Shown here: in pieces, positions 49,701-61,376 of the stretch | Layout of the letters: every line of letters starts with the position of its first letter | Position numbering within the stretch: the first letter of the stretch is position 1 | Source of the DNA: Malacoraja senta | Taxonomy: Eukaryota | Direction: 5' to 3' | DNA: 64,000 nt | Assembly (NCBI GenBank): GCA_038087875.1 | Contig: CM075994.1 | Location: 2,420,001-2,484,000 of the forward strand | Position numbers and translations under genes: made by a program | The notes under the pieces: generated by a model | The model's database searches: none | What the model was told of the DNA's origin: nothing | The model's input: the letters and a program-made list of their open reading frames with translations, nothing else

Positions 49701-52700
49701 CCCTCTTTCCCCTCCCTCTCTGTCCTCTTCCACCCACACCCCTCCATCGGGTTTTACATTTCATTCCTCGTCTTCTCAACTTATCTGACACCCTTTAGTC
49801 TCCGTTTTACCTCCAGCCTTTCTCACTTACTCCACCCATCTGCTAATCCAACCAACAATCACCTGTATCCACCTTGCCAAGCTTTACCCGGCCCCCACCT
49901 CTCTTTTTCAGCTTTCTCCCCCCAACTACCATCAGTCTGAAGAAGGTCCAGATCCGAAATGTCATCTTTCCATTTCCTCCACAGATGGTGACTGATCCAT
50001 TGAGTTCCTCCAGCCTTTTGGTTTTTCCGACCCAAAGGCTTCCTACCCAAACCATACCCACAGAGAGGCTTCAGCTGCAATTGCTATCTCATCTGAGAGC
50101 TTGTACCAGCTTGTACATGCTTAGAGTCATACAGTGTGGAAACAGGCCCTTCGGCTCAACTTGCCCACACATGTCCCATCTACACTAGTCCCACCTGTCT
50201 GCATTTGGCTCATATCCCTCTAAACCTATCCTCTCCATGTACCTGTCTAAATGTTTCTTAAACATTGCAATTGTACCTGCCTCAACTACCTCATCTGGCA
50301 GTTTGTTTCATCCACCCACCACCCTTTGTGTAAGAAAGTTACCCCTCTATTAAATCTTTCCCCATTCACCTTAAACCTATGCCCTCTGGTTCTCGATTCT
50401 CCTACTCTGGGCAAAGATTGTGCATTTACCCGATTTTGTACACCTCTATAAGATCACCATCCTCCAAGGAATGGAGTCCTAGCCTGCTCAACCTCTCCCT
50501 ATAGCTGGCTCTCAAGACCTGGCAACATCCTTGTAAATCTTCTCTGCACCCTTTCCAGCTTGACAACATCTTTCCTATAACATGGTAACCAAAAACTGGA
50601 CCTAATACTTTTAATGTGGCCTCACTCATTTCTTATATAATGGTAACATGACCTCCCAACTTCTGTACTTTGATCACCCTATCTACCAGTGACGCCTTAC
50701 TCTACAGAACATGAGGGATATGGGTGTGCGATAGATTCCCACTTATAGAACAGGGAACACAGGACAATACAGCACATGAACAGGCCCTTGTCTGTGTTGA
50801 ACATAATGGCAGGTTAAACTAATCTCCTCTGCTTACACAGGATCCAAATCCCTCCATCCCCTGCACTTCCATGTGCCTATAAAAAAGCCTCTTAAATGCA
50901 GCTGTGCAGTCTCTCTCCTCTCGGGTTAAGGAGCGACCTGATAGAAGTATATAAAATTGTGAGAGGTATAAACAAGGTAGACTGTCAGAACCTTTTTTCG
51001 CAGGTTGGAAATATCAAATATGAGAGGGCATAGCTTTAAGGTGAGAAGGGCAAAGCTTAAAGGAGATGTGTGGGCAAATTTTGTTATACAGTGGGTGGTC
51101 AGTGCCTGGAATGTGCTGCCAAGGGTGGTGGTGGTGGAGGCAGATACAATAGTGACATTTAAAAGACTTTTGGATAGATGTACGGCTGTGAAGGGAATGG
51201 GGGTATATGGATCACGAGCAGGCAGATAAGAGTTGGTCCCTACAGTCTGAAGAAGAGTCCTGACCCAAAACGTCACTCATCCTTTTTCTGCAGAGATGCT
51301 GCCTGACCCACTGAGTTACTCCAGCACATTGTGTCTATCTTTGGTATAAACCAGCATCTGCAGTTCATTCTGCACAGATAAGACTTAGTCTTGGCATCAT
51401 GTTTGGCACAGACATTGTGGGCCGAAGTGCCTGTTACGGTACTGTTCTATGTTCTAAAACATGGCCCGATCAAAGACCTTTTGTGGTGACCAGGCAGTGC
51501 CTGTCTAATTGGAATCAGGGTGTCAGCACTGTTGGCATTGAACAAGCCTCACGTTTCCTGGGTCTTTGGCCACATTTCCTTGGGGTGTCGATGGTGACAG
51601 CGTAAATACCTTTCTCCAGGCGAAATTTCTTTGCTCTCTCCTCGATAAACCACTCTCCAGACTTCACCTTCACCAGCCTGAAATACATAATCAGCAGAAA
51701 TCTTTTCACAAGTGGAACTCGGCGCTTTTGTTAGTCATGTATGTGACCTGGGCATCTGTCTAACACCCAATGCCGTGGCATCACCTTCAGCGAAACGGAG
51801 AGAAGAAATTATTTCCCAAGTGAAAAACACAATGAGATCAATGACACTGAAAAGCTCCATACGGAAGAGAAATTAATCATCCCAGAGATGGATAAACCAC
51901 ATGCAGCTGATGTCCCAGAGGTTGAAAGAGTGGGTATAGATATCCCATATCTTCCTTAACATTATAGATGCTGAAATAGTTATGGAGTCAGAGTCAGACA
52001 GCAAGGAAACAGGCCCTTCGGCCCAGTTTGTCCACGCCGACCAAGGTGGCACATTTACACTAGTCCCACCTGCTCGTGTTTAGCTCATATTGCTATCCTA
52101 TCCATGTACCTGTCCAAATGTCGTTTAAATGTTGTTATAGTTTCTGCCTCAACTACCTCCTCTGGCAGCTCATTCCATATACTCACTACCCTCTGTGTGG
52201 AAAAGGCTCCTATTAAATCTTTCACCTCTCACCTTAATCCTATGTCCTCTGTTTCTTGATTCCACCACTCTGGGTAAAAGACTCTGTGCATCTACCCTAA
52301 CTATTCTCCTCATGATCTAATACACTTCTATAAGATCATCCATCCCTCATCCTCCTGTGCTCCAAGGAATAAAGTCCTAGCCTGCCCAACCTCATGCTAT
52401 AGCTCAGGGCCTCGAGTGATGGGTGCCCATGTCCAAACATCTACCTATCAAACCCCTCTCACCTGTTTCCACCTGCCAGGCTTTGTCCTGCCCCCCCACT
52501 TCTCTTCTATCTTTCTCCCTCACATCACGGTCAGTTTGAAGAAGAGTCCTGACCCGAAACGTCAGCTGTCCTATCCTGACACTGGTTAATACACAAAAGG
52601 ACACAAAGTGCTGGAGTAACTTAGCGGGTCAGGCAGCATCTCCGGAGAACATGGAAAGGTGACGTTTTGGGTTGGGACACTTCTTCAGACAGATTGTGAT

Positions 52701-55700
52701 GGAGAGAGAAAGTTGGAAGAGATATGGTGCCTTTGTCTATCCATCTATATATCACCCCCCCCCACCCCCCTCTCAACCCCCACCCCCCACCTCACCTGTA
52801 TCAGGATTGTAGCTGGGGGAAGAATAAAGAACAAATTGATGGAGTAACTCAGCTAGTCAGGCAGCATCCCTGGAGAGAATGGATAAGTGACGTTTCGGGT
52901 CGGGACCGTTTTTCAGATTCCTTTTTAGATTCAGATTCTGCAGTTCCCTGTTTCTACCTGGAAACTCTCAACCCCGGCAAGAGTATATAGGGCAATCAGT
53001 TTGAGAATCTCTTACCCGTGAGCATGGCACACGATGCAGCGGGCCACTTTATTGGAGTTGCGGGTGCAGCATCCATCGCACACTCGGTGACTGCAGACAC
53101 TGCACTCAACACCCTTGTTATACAGGAGTCCCAGGGCGGCCTGGCACCGAGCACAGGAAAGGCTGCTGTATTCCCGGCTGCAGCTTTTTGCTCCTTTCCG
53201 CCGGATTTCTTGATATTCCGATTTCAACTTTCTGTGCACAAGGGAGGACACATTTTCAGTGACATAAAACCATCACAGACTCAACAATTAGTTTCACCCG
53301 ATTTTTCTCAGTGGTGCAATTGCTGAGGGTCAGTTTTAGGTAGTTCAGTTCAGTTCAGTTTAGTTCAGTTCAGTTCAGTTTAGTTGTTCAGTTCAGTTTA
53401 TTTTATTTTATTCTATTTTACTTTAGTTTATTTTATTTTAGATTAGTTCAGTTTAGTTCATTCCAGTTCAGTTTAGAGACTATATTGCAGAATTCTATTT
53501 GTTCTTTTGAATTGAATTGAATGGAAAGATACAGCATGGAAATAGACCCTTCGGCCCACTGAGTCCACGCTGACCTGTTCACACTAGTGCTATGTTATCC
53601 CACTTTCTCATCCACTCCCTACACACTAGGGGACAATTTATGGAGGCCACTTAACTGAAAAACCCGTACGTCTTTCACACGGCCACAGGGAGAATGTTCA
53701 ACACCACACACCGACAACTCCTGAAGTCAGGATCGAAACTGGGTCTCTGGCACTGTGAGGTAGCAGCTCACCAGCTGGCCCACCCTGTTGACTTGTTTGC
53801 AACTAAACAGAGAGACAAACTGCTTACACAGGGGTAGAAGGAGGCCGCTCAGCCCCTCAAGTCTGTCCTGACATTCAATACGATTATGGCTGATATAAGT
53901 TGGCCTCAACTCTTCTATTCCACTTCTCCAGGTCCACGAGCTTTCAAATCTGGTGGTATTCTAGGGCATGACGATAGTAAGGAGGCAATGTTGGGCTTCG
54001 TGAAAAGCATTAACATGTAGAAATACCAGGGCCTAAATCTATTCCAGATTACGGAGGGAAGCAATGGAGGCGATTGGTGGGTACTTGTTATCATTGTAAT
54101 CTCTTTAGCTATGGGTGAGGTGCCATAGGACTGGAGCAGAGCCAGCATTGTTCCTTTGTTTAAGAAGAGCACTAACAACAAACCAGGAAATTATAGGGTA
54201 ATGAGCCCTACATCAGTGATAGGGAGATTACGGGAGAAGATTCTGAGCAACAGGATTTACTCTCATTTCGAAAAACGGGGATTTATTAGGGAGATAGACA
54301 AAAATGCTGGAGAAACTCAGCGGGTGCAGCAGCATCTATGGAGCGAAGGAAACAAGCAACATTGCCTATTTCCTTCGCTCCATAGATGCTGCTGCACCCG
54401 CAGAGTTTCTCCAGCATTTTTGTCTACCTTCGATTTTCCAGCATCTGCAGTTCCTTCTTAAACACTTATTAGGGAGAGTCAGCATGGCTTTGTCCAGGGG
54501 AGGTACTGACTCACATAGACCATATCCCTCTAAACCAAATGTATTTTAAATGTTATTATAGTACCTGCCTCAACTACCTCCTCTGGCAGCCCGTTCCATA
54601 CACCCACCACCCTGTTCAGCGCTCATGGTTGATTCCATATATTTCTGCATTACAGATAGAAACATAGAAACATAGAAAATAGGTGTAGGAGTAGGCCATT
54701 CGGCCCTTCGAGCCTGCACCGCCATTCAATATGATCATGGCTGATCATCCAACTCAGTATCCTGTATCTGCCTTCTCTCCATACCCGAGTCGCGAGTTGC
54801 GTGAGTTGGTTGGCGGCGCGATTGGTTGGCGGCGCGACTCACGTTGCAGCGACCTCTGCAGTCCGTCTGTCTTTTTTATTTTTTTGTTTCGTTTGAGTTT
54901 TGTATAGTGGGTTTTTTTTTTAACTGGGTATGTGTGGGGGGGCGGGGGGTGGGGGTGGGGAAACGTTTAAAATCTTTTCCCTGCACGGGAGACCCGACCT
55001 TTCTCTGTCGGGTCTCCGTTGTCGTTGGGGCCTAGCACCATGGAGCGGCCTCCAACCGGAACGACCTGGGGCTCCAGTCGCGGAGCCTGCGGACTACTCA
55101 CCATCGTGGAGCTGGCCAAGTTCGGAGCGGGAGGAGCTGTGGTGGCGCGCTGCTGCTACCCGACCCCGGAGATTCGGAGGCTTCAGCTGCAGGTCTGGTG
55201 GATGGTTACATCGGGAGCTCGCGGGTCCATGGTGGGAGACCGCTTTTCGGGGCTCCCGCAACGGCAGCTACTCGCGCCCGAGTTGCGGGGTTGAGGATGA
55301 CCTGGAGTGGGGTCTGACATCGCCCGGCGCGGCATTGGTGGCCGTGGGACTTGCTGGCGCTACCGCGGGCTACAACATCAAAACCCGGAGCGTGGCCTTG
55401 CATCGCCCGGCGCGGCTTTAATGGCCGCGGGACATATTTACCATCGCCCGCCGGGGGCTTTGACTTTGACATCGGGAGGAGAATGTGGAATGCAGGGGAG
55501 AGATAAGACTTTGCCTTCCATCACAGTGAGGAGGAGATTCACTGTGATGGATGTTTGTGTAAATTGTGTTGTGTCTTGGTTCTTTTTACTTGTTTGTATG
55601 ACTGCAGAAACAGAATTTCGTTTGAACTTAGGTTCAAATGACAACAAATAAATATCTATCTATCTATCTATATCTGCCCCCTGATCCCTTTAGCCACAAG

Positions 55701-58700
55701 GGCCACATCTAACTCCCTCTTAAATATAGCCAATGAACTGGCCTCAACTACCTTCTGTGGCAGAGAATTCCACAGATTCACCACTCTCTGTGTGAAAAAT
55801 GTTTTTCTCATCTCGGTCCTAAAAGACTTCCCCCTTATCCTTAAACTGTGACCCCTTGTTCTGGACTTCCCCAACATCGGGAACAATCTTCCTGCATCTA
55901 GCCTGTCCAACCCCTTAAGAATTTTGTAAGTTTCTATAAGATCCCCCCTCAATCTTCTAAATTCTAATGAGTACAAGCTGAGTCTATCCAGTCTTTCTTC
56001 ATATGAAAGTCCTGCCATCCCAGGAATCAGTCTGGTGAACCTTCTCTGTACTCCCTCTATGGCAAGAATGTCTTTCCTCAGATTAGGAGACCAAAACTGT
56101 ATGCAATACTCCAGGTGTGGTCTCACCAAGGCCCTGTACAACTGCAGTAGAACCTCCCTGCTCCTATAATCAAATCCTTTTGCTATGAATGCTAACATAC
56201 CATTCGCTTTCTTCACTGCCTGCTGCACCTGCATGCCTACTATCAATGACTGGTGTACCATGACACCCAGGTCTCGTTGCATCTCCCCTTTTCCTAATCG
56301 GCCACCATTCAGATAATAGTCTACTTTCCTGTTTTTGCCACCAAAGTGGATAACCTCACATTTATCCACATTATACTGCATCTGCCATGCATTGCCCACT
56401 CACCCAACCTATCCAAGTAACCTTGCAGCCTCCTAGCATCCTCCTCACAGCTAACACTGCCCCCCAGCTTAGTGTCATCCGCAAACTTGGAGATGTTGCA
56501 TTCAATTCCCTCGTCCAAATCATTAATATATATTGTAAATAGCTGGGGTCCCAGCACTGAGCCTGCGGTACCCCACTGGTCACTGTCTGCCATTCTGAAA
56601 AGGACCCGTTTACTCCTACTCTTTGCTTCCTGTCTGCCAGCCAGTTCTCTATCCACATCAATACTGAACCCCCAAAACCGTGTGCTTTAAGTTTGTATAC
56701 TAATCTCTTATGTGGGACCTTGTCGAAAGCCTTCTGAAGTCCAGATATAACACATCCACTGGTTCTCCCTTATCCACTCTACTAATTACATCCTTGAAAA
56801 ATTCTATAAGATTCGTCAGACATGATTTACCTTTCATAAATCCATGCTGACTTTGTCCAATGATTTCACCACTTTCCAAATGTGCTGCTATCCCATCTTT
56901 AATAACTGACTCTAGCAGTTTCCCCACTACTGATGTTAGACTAACTGGTCTGTAATTCCCCGTTTTCTCTCTCTCTCCCTTTTTAAAAAATGGGGTTACA
57001 TTAGCTACCCTCCAATCCTCAGGAACTACTCCAGAATCTAAAGAGTTTTGAAAATTATCACTAATGCATCCACTATTTCTGGGGCTATTTCCTTGAGTAC
57101 TCTGGGATGCAGCCTATCTGGCCCTGGGGATTTATCGGCCTTTAATTCATTCAATTTACCTAACACCACTTCCCGGCTAACCTGGATTTCACTCAGTTCC
57201 TCCATCTCATTTGACCCCCGGTCCCCTGCTATTTCCGGCAGATTATTTATGTCTTCCTTAGTGAAGACAGAACCAAAGTAGTTATTCAATTGGTCTGCCA
57301 TGTCCTTGTTCCCCATGATCAATTCACCTGGTTTCTGACTGCAAGGGACCTACATTTGTTTTAACTAATCTTTTTCTCTTCACATATCTATAAAAACTTT
57401 TGCAGTCAGTTTTTATGTTCCCTGTCAGTTTTCTTTCATAATCTATTTTCCCTTTCCTAATTAAGCCCTTTGTCCTCCTCTGCTGGACTCTGAATTTCTC
57501 CCAGTCCTCTGGTAGGCTGCTTTTCTGGCTAATTTGTATGCCTCATCTTTTGTTTTGATACTATCCCTGGTTTCCCTTGTTATCCACGGATGCACTACCT
57601 TCCCTGATTTATTCTTTTGCCAAACTGGGATGAACAATTGTTGTAGTTCATCCATGCAGTCTTTAAATGCCTTCCATTGCATATCCACCGTCAACCCTTT
57701 AAGATCAATTGCCAGTCTATCTTGGCCAATTCACGTCTCATACCCTCAAAGTTACCTTTCTTTAAGTTCAGAACCCTTGTTTCTGAATTAATTATGTCAC
57801 TCTCCATCCTAATGAAGAACTCAACCATATTATCTGAAGAAGTCTGAAGAGGTCTGAAGAAGGTCTGAAGAAGGGTTTCGGCCCGAAACGTTGCCTATTT
57901 CCTTCGCTCCATAGATGCTGCTGCACCCGCTGAGTTTCTCCAGCATTTTTGTGTACCTTCAACCATATTATGGTCACTCTTGCCCAAGGGGCCATGCACA
58001 ACAAGACTGCTAACTAACCCTTCCTCATTACTCAATACCCAGTCTAGAATAGCCTGCTCTCTCGTTGGTTCCACTACATGTTGATGTAGAAAACTATCCC
58101 GCATACATTCCAAGAAATCCTCTTCCTCAGCACCCTGCCAATTTGATTCACCCAATCTATATGTAGATTGAAGTCACCCATTATAACTGTTTTACCTTTG
58201 TTGCACGCATTCTAATTCCCTGTTTGATGCCATCCCCAACTCCACTACTACTGTAAGGTGGCCTGTACACAACTCCCACTAGCGTTTTCTGCCCCTTAGT
58301 GTTTCGCAGCTCTACCCATATCGATTCCACATCCTCCAAGCTAATGTTCTTCCTTTCTATTGCGTTAATCTCCTCTCTAACCAGCAACGCTACCCCACCT
58401 CCTTTTCATTTCTCTCTATCCCTCCTGAATATTGAATATCCCTGGATGTTCAGCTCCCAGCATTGGTCACCCTGGAGCCATGTCTATATCCCAACTATAT
58501 CATATTCATTAATAACTATCTGCACATTCAACTCATCCACCTTATTACGAATGCTCCTTTCATTGAGACACAAGGCCTTCAGGCTTACCCCTTATACAAT
58601 TATGTTGAACAGTGGCCCTTTTTGATTTTTGCCCTGGATTTGTCTGCCTGCCACTTTTACTTTTCACCTTGCTACCTATTGCTTCTACCCTCATTTTACA

Positions 58701-61376
58701 CCCCTCTGTCTCTCTGCTCATGCTCCCATCCTCCTGCCACATTAGTTTAAATCCTCCCCGACAGCACTAGCAAACACTCCCCCAAGGACATTGGTTCCAT
58801 TCCAGCCCAGGTGCAGACCGTCCTGTTTGTACTGGTCCCACCTCCCCCAGAACTGGTTCCAATGCCCTAGAAATTTGAATTCCTCCCCCTTGCACCATTT
58901 TACAAGCCACGTATTCATCTGCAATATCCTCCTATTTCTACTCTGACTAGCACGTGGCACTGGTAATAATCCAGAGATTATTACCTTTGAAACAATTCCT
59001 CCAGTTTGATGACCTCGAAAAGATCATCCACACATTCATCTCCTCCCGCCTAGATTACTGCAACTCCCTTTACACTGGCATCAGCCAATCATCCCTGTCC
59101 CGCCTGCAACTGGTCCAAAACGCCACAGCGAGACTCCTGACGGGCACCCGAAAAAGGGACCACATCACCCCGATCCTGGCCTCTCTCCACTAGCTCCCTG
59201 TGCGGTTCCGTATAAACTTCAAGATCCTCCTCCATGTCTACAAAGCCCTCAATGGGCTTGCCCCCCCCTACATAAAAAGTCTTCTCACCCACCACTCCAC
59301 CTCCAGGCCCCTCAGATCGGCCGACGTGGGATTGCTGAATATCCCACGGTCTAGGCATAAGCTCAGGGGCGACCGCGCCTTTGCGGTTGCAGGCCCTAGA
59401 CTGTGGAACAGCATCCCCTTTCCCATCAGAACTGCCCCCTCCATCGACTCTTTTAAGTCAAGACTAAAAACGTATCTATACTCCCAAGCCTTTCCTGACG
59501 CCCTCTGAGTGAGGGCTACATGTATATATGTATGTAGTTTGTTTTGTTTATGCTATTCTTATAACAAATGTAAAGCACTTGGTAAACGAGAGTTGTTTTT
59601 TAAATGTGCTATATAAATAAATGTGACTTGACTTGACTTGACTTTGAGGTTCTACTTTTAAGTTTATCTCCTAGCTCCCTAAATTCACCTTATAGGACCG
59701 CATCCCGTTTTTTACCTATATCGTTGGTGCCAATGTGCACACGACAACTGGCTGTTCACGCTCCCCCTCCAGAATGTTCTGCAGCCGCTCAGTGACATCC
59801 CTGACCCTTGCACAGGGAGGCAACATACCATCCTGGAGTCTCATTTGCGGCCGCAGAAACGCCTATCTATTCCCCTTACAATTGAATCTCCTATTGCTAT
59901 AGCCCTTCCACTCTTTTTCCTCCCCTCCTGTGCCGCAGAGCCACCCATGGTGCCATGAACTTGGCTGCTGCTGCCTTCCCCTGATGAGCCATCTCCCCCA
60001 ACAGTATCCAAAATGGTATATCTGTTTAGGAGGGAGATGACCGCAGGGGACTCCTGCACTACCTGCCTACTGCTACGCTGGTTAGTGGCCACCCGTTCCC
60101 TTTCTGTCCGCTTAACTTTCACCTGCAGTGTGGCCAGGTAAAAATTATGATGAAGTTATGAGTTATGAGTTATGAGGTAAAAGATAGATGAAGAAATGGA
60201 GCATCGCTGGAGAGCATGGCTAGATGACGTTTTGGGTTTGGATCTTCTTGCGGCTGATTGAATGGGATGGTGAGAGGAACCGGAAGCAAGAAAAGATCAG
60301 GACAAATCAGAGCCGGCAACAGATGATCTCAGGCAGGGTGGTTCCCTGATAGGCTGATTGGTGGCTAGGGACGGTGTGATCCCAAGAAGGACACATCGTT
60401 GCAAACGGTGGAACTGGTTAAATGATTTTAAGTGCAGGAATGGGGAGGGGCAATGGGGTTGAGGGAAGTGAGAGTTGGAGGGAGGGGATTGTATGTAGAT
60501 GTTACCTAAAATTAGAGAATTCAACATTCATACCGCTGGGTTATAAGCTACCCAAGTGAAATATAAGGTGCTGTTCCTCCAGTTTGCGTGTAGCCTCACT
60601 CTGGCAATGGAGGCGGCTCAGGACAGAAAGGTCAGTGGGAATGGGAAGGGGAGTTAAAACGTTTGGCAACCGGGAGATCCTGTAGGCCTTGATGGACCGA
60701 GCATAAGTGTTCAGCGAAACGGTCGGCAGGTTTACGCTTGGTCTCACAGATGTGCAGGAGATCAATGTGCCAACTTCACAAACTTCACAACCTTTGCTTT
60801 ACTCAACACAGCGGTGGAACATTTCTCCAAAGTCTTTTGACCACAAACGTGCCTGAGGCCACGTCAACATTTTACTGTTTAGTCTAGTTTAGTTCAGAGA
60901 TACAGTTCGGAGGCAGGCCCTTCGGCCCACCAAGTCCGTTCTGACCAGCGATCCCCGTACGCTAGCACCATCCTACACACTCTGGACAATTTTCAATCTT
61001 TACTGCAGCCAATTAACCTACAAATCTGTCCGTCTTTGGAGTGTGGGAGGAAACCGGAGCATCAGGGCAAACCCAAGCAGTCACGGGGAGAAGATACAAA
61101 CTCCGTACAGACAGCACCCATAGTCAGGATCAAACCCGGGGCTCTGGCGCTGTAAAGCAGCTACTCTACCACTGCACCACCGTCCCGCCCTCTGACCTGC
61201 TTTGTTTTCAGGTCCCAGGCACCTCTGCTAACCTGTCACGGGTGGGTCTGACTTCTGTGTCACTCACCTTATCCGTTCTTCTTCCACTTTCGTAACATTT
61301 CATCACGTTGAAGGACCTCCAGAACTTTGTCCCTCTCTCGATCTTTGAGTGATTTGATATCAATTTCCAGATTCAT
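31557..61376 (-). CDS. SYTL3: Synaptotagmin-like protein 3 (Slp3; Rab27 effector), 12 coding exons recognised, 3' end unresolved
   Basis: SHD1 (VLEVLQRDE), 8-Cys zinc finger, SGEWF motif, [24 protein letters not shown] and a C2A domain; splice phases consistent. Confidence 0.9.
33576..33675 (-). CDS. SYTL3: SYTL3 C2A exon [33 protein letters not shown]
   Basis: ttttcag acceptor, gtaatt donor, 100 bp. Confidence 0.95.
39850..40712 (-). mobile_element. Unclassified CpG-rich non-coding retroposon-like element
   Basis: CpG-rich body, T-rich 5' part, 3' stem-loop tail ending GTGACAATAAA; same layout as 54787-55676. Confidence 0.55.
40952..41124 (-). CDS. SYTL3: SYTL3 C2A first exon [58 protein letters not shown]
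   Basis: ctccatag acceptor, gtaggt donor, 173 bp. Confidence 0.94.
41641..42136. mobile_element. Penelope-like fragments in inverted arrangement
   Basis: 41753-41848 (-) encodes [31 protein letters not shown]; its UTR is mirrored on + at about 41870-41945, followed by a decayed hammerhead. Confidence 0.7.
42206..42268 (-). CDS. SYTL3: Candidate SYTL3 linker exon [21 protein letters not shown]
   Basis: Unique island among repeats; ttaaccag acceptor, gtgagg donor, 63 bp, phase 0-0. Confidence 0.55.
42549..45190 (+). mobile_element. CR1 LINE ORF2 3' half interrupted by a second, younger CR1 (about 43181-44525)
   Basis: RT motifs [46 protein letters not shown]; stops and frameshifts. Confidence 0.93.
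45813..45887 (-). CDS. SYTL3: Candidate SYTL3 linker exon [25 protein letters not shown]
   Basis: ctacctgtcgacag acceptor, CAG/gtcagt donor, 75 bp, phase 0-0. Confidence 0.68.
45920..46325. repeat. C-rich minisatellite (about CCCCACCCCGCACACCGCCCC)
   Basis: Many degenerate tandem units; G-run rich on minus strand. Confidence 0.9.
46654..46781 (-). CDS. SYTL3: SYTL3 exon (Q)[42 protein letters not shown]
   Basis: tctctag acceptor, gtaaag donor, 128 bp, phase 1-0. Confidence 0.88.
47040..47112 (-). CDS. SYTL3: SYTL3 exon [24 protein letters not shown]
   Basis: ttcatag acceptor, gtaagt donor, 73 bp, phase 0-1. Confidence 0.88.
47905..48270 (+). mobile_element. Rex1/Babar-type LINE 3' end
   Basis: [22 protein letters not shown] motif, UTR and tail CTGTACCTCGGTACACGTGACAATAAAC. 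Confidence 0.7.
48284..48329 (-). CDS. SYTL3: SYTL3 exon (S)[15 protein letters not shown]
   Basis: ctccaccag acceptor, gtaatg donor, 46 bp, phase 2-0; VVPPTPPP motif. Confidence 0.85.
48467..48804 (+). mobile_element. HE1-type V-SINE, best-preserved copy; other copies near 3355, 18404, 28040, 32068, 35500, 36005, 37670, 38898, 47376, 49163, 60878
   Basis: A-box, B-box GGTTCGATCC (48526-48535), V-domain, CR1-like 3' tail GGGCCGAAGGGCCTGTTT..(TAAAC)n. Confidence 0.85.
48933..48984 (-). CDS. SYTL3: SYTL3 exon (G)[16 protein letters not shown]
   Basis: ccaacag acceptor, gtgagg donor, 52 bp, phase 1-2. Confidence 0.9.
51610..51677 (-). CDS. SYTL3: SYTL3 exon [22 protein letters not shown] (SHD2)
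   Basis: atttcag acceptor, gtattt donor, 68 bp; SGEWF Rab27-binding motif. Confidence 0.95.
53016..53231 (-). CDS. SYTL3: SYTL3 zinc-finger exon [15 protein letters not shown]...CARC...CSVC...CDGC...CIVCHAHG
   Basis: gcacag acceptor, gtaaga donor, 216 bp, four CxxC pairs. Confidence 0.95.
53335..53475. repeat. (TTCAG/TTTAG/TTTTA)n pentamer microsatellite, expanded SINE tail
   Basis: Directly visible. Confidence 0.85.
54295..54465. mobile_element. Palindromic Penelope terminal-repeat insertion in an old CR1 fragment
   Basis: 66-bp inverted arms with no spacer; 12-bp TSD TTATTAGGGAGA (54283-54294 / 54466-54477). Confidence 0.85.
54787..55676 (+). mobile_element. Unclassified CpG-rich non-coding retroposon-like element inserted in the CR1 3' end
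   Basis: CR1 sequence joins across it (CTCTCCATACCC|CCTGATCCC); ends in stem-loop TTTGAAC-TTAG-GTTCAAA, AATAAA, (TATC)n. Confidence 0.7.
57861..57896 (+). ncRNA. Minimal hammerhead ribozyme motif with UUCG-capped stem II
   Basis: AGGU-CUGAAGA-A-GGGU(UUCG)GCCC-GAAAC-GUU-GCCU, inside a 125-bp insert with 13-bp TSD. Confidence 0.72.
58991..59641 (+). mobile_element. 5'-truncated L2 LINE inserted into CR1 ORF1
   Basis: [52 protein letters not shown] + (GACTT)n tail; TSD CTTTGA (58985-58990 / 59642-59647). Confidence 0.92.
60195..60765 (-). mobile_element. Penelope-like element 3' part (GIY-YIG endonuclease remnant, UTR, decayed hammerhead)
   Basis: Frameshifted [55 protein letters not shown]. 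Confidence 0.8.
61268..61376 (-). CDS. SYTL3: SYTL3 first coding exon [30 protein letters not shown](VEEERIR); 1-bp deletion as assembled
   Basis: ATG 61376, AG/gtgagt donor; SHD1 helix; upstream acceptor gcctttcag suggests the exon starts at 61650. Confidence 0.9.

Larger units (their letters stand above)
54655..60125 (-). mobile_element. Near full-length CR1 LINE: ORF1 SGNH-esterase region, APE endonuclease, RT, 3' tail; disrupted
   Basis: IGDSIVRG and DGLHL (ORF1); [25 protein letters not shown] (EN); [23 protein letters not shown] (RT); (TTTCTATG)n tail. Confidence 0.95.

Noticed and set aside
55668..56399. 243-aa ORF as a host or domesticated gene
   Set aside because: C-terminal part of CR1 ORF2; upstream RT is frameshifted
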